Assembly (NCBI RefSeq): GCF_009914755.1
Contig: NC_060933.1
From: the human T2T-CHM13v2.0 reference genome, Homo sapiens
Length of the DNA: 64,000 nt
Direction: 5' to 3' (one strand)
Positions 42,914-54,064 of the stretch are shown here, piece after piece; positions within the stretch are counted from its first letter, which is position 1; each line of letters opens with the position of its first letter. The translations under genes and the position numbers were made by a program. Below the pieces are notes generated by a model, which worked only from the letters and a program-made list of their open reading frames with translations, had not been told where the DNA came from and did not search any database.

Positions 42914-43350
42914 TCAGAGGGAAGAGACATCGGGAAGATTGCTCCGCCCACAGAAAGGAAGATTTCGTTCTCGCGAGATCCCAATGACAATTCGGGAGCC
43001 CGTTCTCGCGGGATTTTCCAAGACCGGGTTGGAATTTGCGGGGGTTAGGAGACGGAAGTCAGAGCCTAGGAAGATTTGGGGGTCGCCTTGCCGGCCTCCT
43101 GTCCTCCTCCGGCGGCGGCGGAGCCCGAGAGAACTAGGTGAACACCGCTTTGCCAGCCTCACACAGCGTCCCCTGGCTCTGCCGCCGCTCCGGACGTCGC
43201 CCTCCCGTTCTGCTTGGGTCCCCTTAGTCGCTACCTTTGCTGGGATCCCCCTCCTCCATCCTGTGGCTTCGGGTTGCCGAAGAGCGATGCTCGGAGGGCG
43301 GCCGGAAGTGGCGTTGGCCGCCATTGGCCTGCCGGCCAGCCACCTTGCTG
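42914..43350 (-). ncRNA. LINC00476: 5' exon region of the divergent lncRNA LINC00476 (ERCC6L2-AS1/C9orf130), containing a 136-aa putative ORF (43324-42914)
   Basis: Head-to-head with ERCC6L2 exon 1; identity and the putative protein recalled, exon boundaries not derivable from sequence. Confidence 0.6.
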
Positions 43351-43408
43351 TCCTCCGCCGCCTTCCGGGTGTTACGTGCAGCCGGGCTCGGCCCCTCCCC
43401 CTGGCCGG

Positions 43409-43454
43409 ATGGATCCGTCGGCGCCACAGCCCCGCGCGGAAACCTCAGGCAAAG
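43409..43454 (+). CDS. ERCC6L2: ERCC6L2 coding exon 1 (MDPSAPQPRAETSGK + G)
   Basis: ATG 43409 in CGGATGG; donor AAG|GTACCA; phase-1 join G+AC = Asp into exon 2. Confidence 0.93.
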
Positions 43455-43616
43455 GTACCAGCTCCGCGCTCGCCCCTTACGCAGAGGCCTGTGTACTGCG
43501 TCGCGTTGGACCAGTTCTTGCCGGTGCCCTTCGGGTTGGGGTTTTGCCCTGTAGATCCTCTTCAGTGACAGCTGCAGATTGTGAACCCCTCCAGGCCTGG
43601 AACCAAATCTCCGATT

Positions 43617-43830
43617 CAGTGTTGAGAACCTGGACTCGGGAGTCAGCCCCTGGGATCTAGTGCTGCCTCTGACAGTTACTTGCTGAGCAACTTTGGGCAG
43701 GCTCCTCATCTGTAAAACTGGGTTCATTACTAGGTTCTTGCGATTATTAAATGACGTGGGGAATACGCAAAGTATTTATGTGACCCCGCGTGTGGCCCAT
43801 ATTAAGCACTCAGTAAATGTTATTTTCATT
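43617..43830 (+). mobile_element. MIR
   Basis: CTCCTCATCTGTAAAA core; GCACTCAGTAAATGTTA end. Confidence 0.7.
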
Positions 43831-44907
43831 CTTTATTCTTGTATGCCCCAGTTGTTAGTGAATGGCAGAAGTTTGTTGTAAGTAGATAAATGAAGGTTGA
43901 GATATTTAGTTCAGTTGAGTTTTATTGCCGATTGAGTCAGGGCATTATATTCTGCCTTAAATAGGAGGTTTAAAGAAGGTGTGATTATCTACCACAAGTC
44001 ACCTGGGATGCCTTCTGGCACCCAAATGAGTAGTTTTCATTAATAATTGTGCTGTATAACAAAAGCTACCAGGTATTGAGTGATTTTCCTGAGCCCAGCA
44101 ATATGCTGATTGTTTACTTGCTTTCCTTTGAGGAAGATATCGATCTCATTAAATAGATGAATTCAGAGCTAAAGTTCAGAGAGGGCAAGTTACAAGCCTG
44201 AATTCTGAGGTCTAGGAATTGATGACGCTGTAATTCAGGGACCAAACATATAAATACCTATAGGAGACTGGCAGCTAAAAATAGATGAAGCTGCCGAGTG
44301 GATATTGTGACTGGGAGGCTCATTCCTTTTGATAAATCTAGTCACTCTTGGTATTTAGGGAAATTGGTGGAAGGAGCAGAAAGCTCCAGGGCCCCGAGGT
44401 GGGAACACCCTTGAGGAATGCTTGAGGAGGCCTTTGGAGTGAAAGAGGGAGAGAGAGACCCTATCACCAGAATGAGTTGAGTTGGTAATTAGTTTAAACC
44501 AAAACAAATGATTTCGACTCATTAAATTTTAGGAGACTTAACCCATTTCCCTGTTAAATCCAACAGGAAATCTTAACAATTTAAGCAGTTGTTCTGTAGT
44601 TTGGATACTGAGAGATTCCATTTCTAACTCAACTGAATTTATTTCGTCCTAGAAATTATCCGAACTCAAACCCAAAATACTCCAATAAGTTGTGTGATTC
44701 CCTTAAGGCTTTTTTTTTTTTGCACATGCTGTACACTTATCTGAGATACAGTTCTTAGACCCCTTTCCCTTTTAAATTACATTTCTCAATACTCCCTTCT
44801 CATAGCACTCTTCTTCCAATGCAGTTTTTACAGTTATGTATATGTTGGTGTACTTTTTAGTTTTCTCGCAAGATATCAAGGATTTGTGAGATTGATAATT
44901 TGTAATA

Positions 44908-45196
44908 GGCCAGGCGCATGGCTCACACCTGTAATCCCAGTACTTTGGGGAAGCTTAGGCGGGAGGATAGTTTGAGGCCAGCCTGGACAACATAAGCGAG
45001 ACCCTGTCTCTACTAAAAATAAAAAATTTAGCCAGGCATGGTGGTGCACACCTGTAGTCCCAGCTACTCAGGAGGCTGAGGCGGGAGGATGGCTGAGCTC
45101 AGGAGTTGGAGTTTACAGTGAGCTATAATTGTGCCATGACACTCCAGACTGGGCGACAGAGACACTCTTGTCTAAAAAAAAAAAGAAAAAAAAAAG
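44908..45196 (+). mobile_element. AluJ-like
   Basis: GGGAGGATGGCTGAGCTCAGGAG, GAGCTATAATT; TSD-like AATTTGTAATA / AATGTGTAATA. Confidence 0.88.
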
Positions 45197-45488
45197 AATG
45201 TGTAATAAATTCGCATGTTCACTGAATGTCTGCTGTGTGACTCTGTGTTGGTCCTGGGGATAAAATTTATAACAGTACAAACTTTTCTTGGAAAGGAAAT
45301 TACTCTCTACTGGAAGGAAAAGACAAAAAACAAGTGGACATGATAATTAAATGTTATGATAAGTGCTACAGAGGCAATAAAATGATGAGATAGAGAATAA
45401 TGGGTACCCTACGCTAAATAGGTGGACTGGGAGCAGAGAGACTGGTTAGGCATAATTTAGGGAAAGTTGATGGTGGCATGCTTTAAGA

Positions 45489-45697
45489 CAGAGGTCTGCA
45501 AACTACTGCCTGTGGGCTAAAACTGGTCTGACACTTTTTTTTGTAAATAAAGTTTTATTGGAACACAACTGTGCCCATTTGTTTATGTATTGTCTGGTTG
45601 CTTTTGCATTACAAGGGCAAGAGACTGTATGGCCTACAAAATCTAAAGTAACAAATAGCTAATAACTGACTCTAGAGAAAATGTTTGCCAGCCTTTG
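45489..45697. mobile_element. MER58A-like hAT element
   Basis: GTAAATAAAGTTTTATTGGAACAC core; imperfect TIRs; CTTTA flanks. Confidence 0.75.
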
Positions 45698-45853
45698 CTT
45701 TAGAGAGATAGTGGCATGGAGGAAAGTGATTCATTTTTGAAGTAGAACCAGGATATTCCGATGGATTGGATGTAAGGAGTAATATTAAATGAGGTTTAAG
45801 GGCTGACTAATGGTTTTCTACCTTGAAAAGTTGGTTAGATGATGATGCCAGTT

Positions 45854-46618
45854 TTTTGTTTTTTTTTAAATGCCAGCTTTTTTTTTTATTATACTTTAAG
45901 TTTTAGGGTACGTGTGCACAATGTGCAGGTTAGTTACATATGTATACATGTGCCATGCTGGTGTGCTGCACCCATTAACTTGTCATTTAGCATTAGGTAT
46001 ATCTCCTAAAGCTATCCCTCCCCCCTTCCCCCCACCCCACAACAGTCCCCAGAGTGTGATGTTCCCCTTCCTGTGTCCATGTGTTCTCATTGTTCAATTC
46101 CCACCTATGAGTGAGAATCTGCGGTGTTTGGTTTTTTGTTCTTGCGATAGTTTACTGAGAATGATGATTTCCAGTTTCATCCATGTCCCTACAAAGGACA
46201 TGAACTCATCATTTTTTATGGCTGCATAGTATTCCATGGTGTATATGTGCCACGTTTTCTTAATCCAGTCTATCATTGTTGGACATTTGGGTTGGTTCCA
46301 AGTCTGCTATTGTGAATAGTGCCGCAATAAACATACGTGTGCATGTGTCTTTATAGCAGCATGATTTATAGTCCTTTGGGTATATACCCAGTAATGGGAT
46401 GGCTGGGTCAAATGGTATTTCTAGTTCTAGATCCCTGAGGAATTGCCACACTGACTTCCACAATGGTTGAACTAGTTTACAGTCCCACCAACAGTGTAAA
46501 AGTGTTCCTATTTCTCCACATCCTCTCCAGCACCTGTTGTTTCCTGACTTTTTAATGATCGCCATTCTAACTGGTGTGAGATGGTATCTCATTGTGGCTT
46601 TGATTTGCATTTCTCTGA
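45854..46618 (-). mobile_element. 5'-truncated L1PA (L1PA3-like) in ERCC6L2 intron 1
   Basis: ORF2 C-terminus with CCHC knuckle [18 protein letters not shown], frameshift near 46305, full 3'UTR; 13-bp TSD GATGATGCCAGTT at 45841-45853 and 46619-46631. Confidence 0.93.
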
Positions 46619-48238
46619 GATGATGCCAGTTAATAAGATGCAGGAAGACTATTAGTCACCATCATTTTTGACATTAGTTTTCTTCATTTTATACCCATTG
46701 TGTGGTATAATATTTGGTGAATAATTTGTGCTTAAATCACATATGTTGAATAATAGATAATAAAATAAGTCTTAAGAAATGATAGGGTAGGCAAACACAT
46801 AATGGGAAATATAAGTAATGTGTTAAGAATTGCTGTAAGGGTTGCTTTAGGTTTTAAGGTGCAAATAGTACTGTTATGAAAATTGGGCCCATTGACCTAT
46901 ATGTTGTTCTACTTGTACAGTGGATCGAGGCTTTAGTTTGACATTAAAACACTCTTTTAGAATGGTGTAACAGTTGTCAACAGTTTGGGTCCAGAGAGTA
47001 GAGTGGGAGAGAAGGTTTTTCCCTCTGTACTCATTATTGTTATGGTAAAATAACCTCATCAAAGTTAGTGGCTTTACTTTTAAGGAACAACTGATGGATG
47101 AGGAATTTAATGAGCTATTCTTGCTTTAGATAGTATAAACATGTCATGTTGTAGTTATAAATATCTAACTGGAGGTCATCAGGAAGACCCTAGGAAACTG
47201 CCAGTGGTTATCTGATCTCAGTGAGAAATGTATAGGAAAAATAATTCCTAGTGTTCTTATGTTTGTAGCCATAGAATTATTTTTGGATTCTTGCCATAAG
47301 AAATTCCATTTGGAAAATTATTTTTACTTAGTTTTCTTTATTTGATACTTTTTAATTGTACCAATAGTATACTGTGGACTCCCTCCTCATTCATAGTGGT
47401 ATATTTTCTGGGAAAATAAAATAGCTGTATGGTTAGTCACAGAATAAGTTCATAAAGAGAGAGGTAATACTCTTTAAAGTGTAATAGGATCTTTGCAGAA
47501 AGAGATCTTAGAATTCATCTCTTAAAGTAAATATTCAAAACCCGGAAGAGGAAAAGCTGTGACATCACTGTAGTTGAATTGGAGGTTCCCATGGTTAGCT
47601 GTATACAAGCAGTGGTTAAAGTAAAGGCTTAGAGGCAACAATATTGCAGTGAAAAGAAACAGCTGTTTCTAGAGAAAGGCAATGGAATAACTGTAAAAAA
47701 GACAGATGAACCACAAAGCATTGCTGTCCAGAGGATTTTAGTTTACTCATTACCAAGTCCTATTCACGATTACTCTACCATATCATGAAATATATGTATA
47801 TATATATGTTCATGAGTCAGGAAGAATATTTTAGTCAGTGGCTCTCAACCCTGGCTGTGCGTCAGAATGATCTTTTGAATTCAACAATAACAACCAAACA
47901 AAACAATAAAACCAGATGCCCGTGACCCCTATCCACTGAATAAGAATCACTAGAGGTGGTGTCTAAGAATGTATATTTTTAAACTCCAGGGGAGATGATG
48001 ACACACAGTTAGGGTAAGAACCACTGGAAATAAAGTATGTACCCTTTATTCTGTTTATTATAGGAGAATATCTGAAAATCTATTTTAGAAAAATATCTAT
48101 ACATGTTAGAATTTATCTTGTTCCAGTTTTTTGGAAAAGGCATTTATGTGAGGTATATATTGTTTCTCACAGCTGTGAATAAATGAGGTGTTACTTTATA
48201 AGCTAGCTTTGGAAACTTTATTTTCTTTATTCTTGCAG

Positions 48239-48663
48239 ACATATGGCATCCAGGAGAAAGATGTCTTGCCCCTTCTCCAGATAATGGAAAACTTTGTGAA
48301 GCAAGCATAAAATCTATCACAGTGGATGAAAATGGCAAGTCATTTGCAGTCGTCTTATATGCAGATTTTCAAGAAAGGAAAATACCTCTTAAACAGCTTC
48401 AAGAAGTGAAATTTGTTAAAGATTGCCCTAGGAATCTTATATTTGATGATGAAGATTTAGAAAAACCTTATTTCCCAAACCGAAAATTTCCATCATCTTC
48501 TGTTGCTTTTAAATTATCTGACAATGGAGACTCTATTCCTTATACCATCAATAGGTATTTGAGAGACTACCAAAGAGAAGGAACCCGGTTTCTTTATGGA
48601 CACTACATCCATGGAGGAGGGTGCATTCTGGGTGATGACATGGGACTTGGAAAAACAGTACAG
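48239..48663 (+). CDS. ERCC6L2: ERCC6L2 exon 2 (425 nt): Tudor-like domain, Q motif LRDYQ, SNF2 Walker [10 protein letters not shown]
   Basis: Acceptor TTTATTCTTGCAG|AC, donor CAG|GTATTT; open frame [11 protein letters not shown]...[13 protein letters not shown]; 46+425 = 471 nt = 157 codons. Confidence 0.96.
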
Positions 48664-49202
48664 GTATTTAATTATGTTATAACAGTAAAGTCACTTTACT
48701 GTGTACATGAGTGGATACTATATGTAAATCTTTATTTGTACTGCTGTTACGATAGCTATTTTGTGTGTTCCTGTGTATGTTTGTGTTTGTCTCACTAACT
48801 AGATAGTGAAGTCCTCAAAGTTGAGGACAATGTCTCAGTTATTTTATCATTCTTCAGTACCTATGAAATATTTTATTCCAAAATAATGTTTTGGTACCAC
48901 TTGGTTTGATTTTACCTTTGGTAATACTGGTACTAAGATATCAATATATTTGAAGTCATTTAACTTTCTTCATACTTAATGGAAGGAAAGCATTCTAACA
49001 TTTGTTATGCCACATAGCATGGTTAAATTGTTCCTATAGGCCTTTTGTGCATATTGTTCGAAGTTTATCATGTTAGAAGTTTCTTAATCTGGAATCCCTG
49101 GGTCACTAGCAGTTCTGTTTGTGAACTTCAGAGAGACTTCAAGATTCCCTAAAATGTGTACTAGAATTTGTACACATACATACTTTCCTAAAGAGGGGAT
49201 TT

Positions 49203-49751
49203 GTTGTAGTTAATCTGTTTCTGTATAACAAATTATGCCAAATTTAGCAGCTTAAAACAATATTCATGTATTGTCTCACAGTTTCTGTGGGTTGGGAATC
49301 CAGCTGCCGCCTAGCCTGGTCCTCTAGCTTTGCCTCTCACAGGGCTGCAGTCATCTCAAGGTGACTGGGGAAGATTCACTTCCTAGCCCACCTGTTTGTT
49401 GGCAGGATTCAGTTCCTTGTGGGTTCTTGGCCTCAGTTTCTTGTGAGCTGTTGGCTGGAGGCCTCCTTTGCTTCCTTGACACATGGACCTCTTCATGGGG
49501 CATCTCACACAAGGTAGCTTGCTTCATAAAAGGAGAGCAAGTAGGAGGGCAAGAGACAGCACTAGTAAAACAGAAGTCATAGTCTTTGGTGATGTAATAA
49601 CACAAGAGACATCCCTTCACTTTTGTCACATTCTTCTCATTAGAAGCAAGTTGCTAAGTCCAGCCAGAACTCAAGGGAAGGAGATTAAACAGGACTGGGA
49701 ATATGAAGAGGTGGGTATTATTGGGAGTCCTGTCAGAAGCTGCCTGCTACA
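49203..49751 (-). mobile_element. MaLR LTR (old MLT1 type)
   Basis: TAACAAATTATGCCAAATTTAGCAGCTTAAAACAA...TCTCACAGTTTCTGTGGGT pattern. Confidence 0.7.
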
Positions 49752-50139
49752 GGGTCTTTAGCTTTCCTTAGATTTTCAAAGAGGTTTGTGATCCAAGAAG
49801 AATAGAGTTTTGAATCTAGATTTTATACTAAACGATCACTTTAGATTTTCAGGAGTGTGTGCCTAGTTTGTGATTAAGTTATTCTGCTTCCTTTCTTATA
49901 ATTGAGTTTAACTTATTTTCTTCTTCATATTACCTCCATTAGTTATTGGAACTCAAAGGTTTAAGTGGAAAACTAAATTTAACATTTATAAATAGCCAAA
50001 TTTCAGACACCAATGATGGAATAAGGAAAAAGAAAAGAAAAAAAAAATAGCCAAATAATGCTACTGTGTGTAAAGGTCTGGTGTGAAAAACTAGGCTAAA
50101 ATAAAGTCTTTTAATAATCATATTACCATTAACCATACT

Positions 50140-50325
50140 CTATGTTCCTTCAAGCCTAGGCAGTGCAGATAGTTTAGACATGCACACTGGACGTGCTAAA
50201 TGATTGTTTGTGGAATAAATGAATTTACCTTCTTCGTTTATTCCACAAACTATCATTTAGCATGCCGGCCTGTAGGTGGAGGATAGACAGCAAGAATAAA
50301 GAAAGGAGCCTTCAAGAAATTACCT
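50140..50325. mobile_element. Two tail-to-tail L2 3' ends forming an inverted repeat
   Basis: Left resembles the L2 terminus (GCCTAGGCAGTGC...GTGCTAAATGATTGTTTGTGGAATAAATGAA); right resembles a reverse L2 terminus. Confidence 0.65.
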
Positions 50326-50326
50326 C

Positions 50327-50778
50327 TGAAACTGACCCAACAGTCCCACAGACAGTTTTGTTTGTTTGTTTGCTTGTTTTTGGATAAACATAGAAATTGA
50401 CCCTTCTGGTCCTAAAGCTTTAAACTTGTATTTGTTTTATCTGAGTTCCTTCCTCAGGAAAGGACCCCCAGGCCTCTCAAAAAGTATCAAAGAACTGAAA
50501 CTCACCAGATCGTAGAATTCAGACAGTGAGACACCAGGCCTCTCATTCATCAGATTACTTCCTTAGCCCTCCCAACTTCCTGTTTTCCCATACATTGTTA
50601 CATTTCTTCTCTGCTGTAAAAACTCCTAATTTTAATCAGGGAGATGGATTTGAGACTGATCCTTGGCTACAGTGCCTGATTAAAGCATTTTTCCTTGGCA
50701 ATACGTGTTGTCTCAGTGATTGGCTGGCTGTATGGTGAGCAGCAGGTCTTAGACCGAACCCGTGGTGTTTCAGTAACG
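50327..50778 (+). mobile_element. ERV1 solo LTR (LTR26-like)
   Basis: TGAAACTGACCCAACAGTCCCA start; ATTAAA signal; GTTTCAGTAAC end. Confidence 0.6.
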
Positions 50779-50948
50779 CCATCTGTGACCAAGATTACAG
50801 ATGAGTACTAGAGGAAAATTAATAAATTAATTAAAGCCCTGCTGTAACTGTTTTCGCATATACTTCTACTGTTTTTGCCTGTGGTAGAATGTTTGTTACC
50901 ACAATTCTTTGATTAGCCAGTGCATGTTCAACTTCAAAATAAACATGA

Positions 50949-51256
<308 letters not shown>

Positions 51257-53084
51257 CTACATACAAAAAGTGATCTGTTTGGGAACCACCATCCTGCAGC
51301 TTAAATACAATTCGAATTCAAATTCTTGCGCACATTTTAGTCTCAAATTTGAAGGCTGTCTTTCATCTCTGAGGCCCATGTTACAAAGAAATTTACTTTA
51401 TTTTACAGTTCATAGGATTATTTTTAAAGGAGCTGATTTTACTGCAGAATTTTCTATTCCTGATACACTGTAATCATTGAAGGACTTGGAGATGTTCTGG
51501 TACATGCTGTTAGTGTGCTGTGCAAGTCTTTGAGGGAGTACCGTCTGAAGATTAGGAAATGGTTTCTGCACTAATTTTGATACTCAGATGGATTTGTCTG
51601 ATGCTTGGGGACCTAGTTCTCTGGTTACTGTTGTTGTAACTCAGGGAATAATTTCTACATAGATAGGTGGTTTGAAAGACCCATTTAAGGTAGAGCTTCT
51701 ATAGATAGATAAAGCTTCTATAGATATGACTAAGCCAGTTGAAGAAATGTGAATGATTACTGTGTTAACTAAAATTTCAGAATGTAGTAAAATTAATTGA
51801 TAATGAAAATAGACCATTGACATTTACTGTTTGAGCTATAGTTTTATCTTCTTTTCTTCTTTTTTTTTTTTTTCCTGTTTCTTGATTTCATCCCTTTAGT
51901 TTCCCCCTTTTTATATTCTAATTTGGCCATGATATGAAACTGAAGTCTTTTTAAAGCTTGTTTTACATACCAAATAAAGTTTCCTTCCCTCATTTCAAAT
52001 TTAAAAGTAGGTGAATTTAATATTTTACACTCTACAGGGGATGAGAATTGAAAAATGTCCATTTGTTCTAGTGACATAGAAATCATTGGTATGCTGAGCA
52101 AGAGCCATTTTGCTGGAGCTTTCAGACACAAGCCATAATGGAGTAGGTGAAGACGTGGACATAGAAAGAACGTATATTTACCTCTTTAAGAAATATGGCT
52201 TCGAAAGGGAATAAAAGTGACCTAGTAGTAGGTGAAGAGAGAGACGAGAATTTGAGGGGGTTTCTTTTTTGTTTGTTTTGTATTGTTTGGGGGTAGGAAA
52301 GACTTGAGTATTTTTAAGGTGAATTGGAAGGACAGATCTGGTGAAGAGGGCACAGATAAATATGCAACATACATAATGATATGCCCACATATACATGTAC
52401 TTCTGTAAACACACACACAAACATACATATGCAAAAAATGGAGTCACATAATAACTACTATCTTATAAGCAGGTTGCAGATTTTTTTTTGTCAAAGATTA
52501 TGAACTAATTTTTCCCGATACCTTCTGACATTTTTCTAAAACATAGAAGAGTTAAAAGAATGGTACAATGAAAAGCCATATTCTCACCACTTAGATTCTG
52601 TTAATATTTCATTATACATGGTTTTGTAATATCCATCCATCTTTTGTTGCATTTTAAAATAGCAGACATTAATACATTTTATCCCACATACACATATCCA
52701 AGAAAAGATCATCACAGCCAAGACGATGAACATGTCTATCACTCCTAGATTTCCTCATGTCCATTGTGCCCTTGATATGTTCAACACCATGCAGTTCATC
52801 ACCTACTATTTTTGGTTTTAGTGGGACTGAAAAATTAAAGATACTTGAGGAAATTTTAATACAAAATCCAAGATTTTTATGACTATCTCCCAATATTTCA
52901 CAGAATTTTCACATCTAATTCAACAGGTAACTTGAAAATGAATCCCTTTTGTACATTTACGTGATAATTAGCTAGTTTAAGTACAATAAACAATTTCAAC
53001 TGGAGTATACAGGTTTGGGAACCTGACCTTTGGTAATCAGACAACTCAGTGATAGGAAAAGAGGTGAGTGGGTGCTTACCATGG

Positions 53085-53280
53085 AGTAGTGGTTCTCTAA
53101 AGTGGATATTTGGGTCAGCAGCATTAGTGTCACCTGGGAACTTGTTAGGATTGTAAATTCCGGGGTCTCACTGCAGACATACTGAATTGTGAACTCGGTG
53201 GGAGTAGGAGAGGATGGCAATCTGTGTTTTAACAGATGCTTCAGGTAATTCCAAGGCCCACTAAAGTTTCAGAGCCTTTG
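53085..53280. mobile_element. MER5A
   Basis: CAGCAGCATTAGTGTCACCTGGGAACTTGTTAG...AATCTGTGTTTTAAC. Confidence 0.7.
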
Positions 53281-53373
53281 CTCAGACGGTGTGTTTTTCA
53301 GAGGGTTAGAAAACTTTGATTAATCTGGTGAGTTCAGTGAACATTGGTTAAGGGATGTTTGGTCTACGTGAAT

Positions 53374-53689
<316 letters not shown>

Positions 53690-54064
53690 TCTGTGTTAAT
53701 ATGTATACATAGGATGATGATCATTTCATTTAAAAAAAAAATACATTTAGAAATGGAAATGATATTAGAGATAATTTTGTTCAGCTTTTTAACTTAGTAC
53801 GTAAAACAGGCACAGGAATGACTTCCCTATCTAGGGTCAGGCACAGAAGTAATAATTTTCATTTCTATTCTAGAACTGTTATTTTTTTCCTCTTCTATCA
53901 TCTACTGCCTTCTTTTGACTTAATAATACAGTTAATTAAAAGCCTTTTACTCAACTTTTAACCATTTGTTCAATTGGTTGACATTTGATAAGTACTCACT
54001 CTGGGCCAGGCACTGTGATTGGCACTGAAGAGCCAATATGAATATAAATGCATATAATACCTAC

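Larger units (their letters stand above)
42330..43560. promoter_or_regulatory. CpG-island bidirectional promoter (ERCC6L2 on +, antisense lncRNA on -)
   Basis: The only CpG-rich non-Alu stretch in the window; TCTCGCGAGA 42969-42978 and variant 43004-43013; ETS CGGAAGT 43053-43059 and CCGGAAGTG 43302-43310; YY1-like GCCGCCATT 43317-43325 overlapping a reverse CCAAT. Confidence 0.9.

Noticed and set aside
42545-43727. Several long overlapping ORFs in the CpG island (117, 148, 167, 209 aa) as independent genes
   Set aside because: GC-rich DNA is poor in stop codons and no domain is recognisable; only the ERCC6L2 frame and the uORF frame are kept.
46094-46610. L1 ORF2 ORFs as an active element
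   Set aside because: Only ~0.75 kb of the 3' end is present and it is frameshifted near 46305.
48664-48798. C-terminal part of the 158-aa ORF 48322-48798
   Set aside because: Read-through past the CAG|GT donor into intron 2; helicase similarity stops at GKTVQ, and the listed start is an internal GTG.
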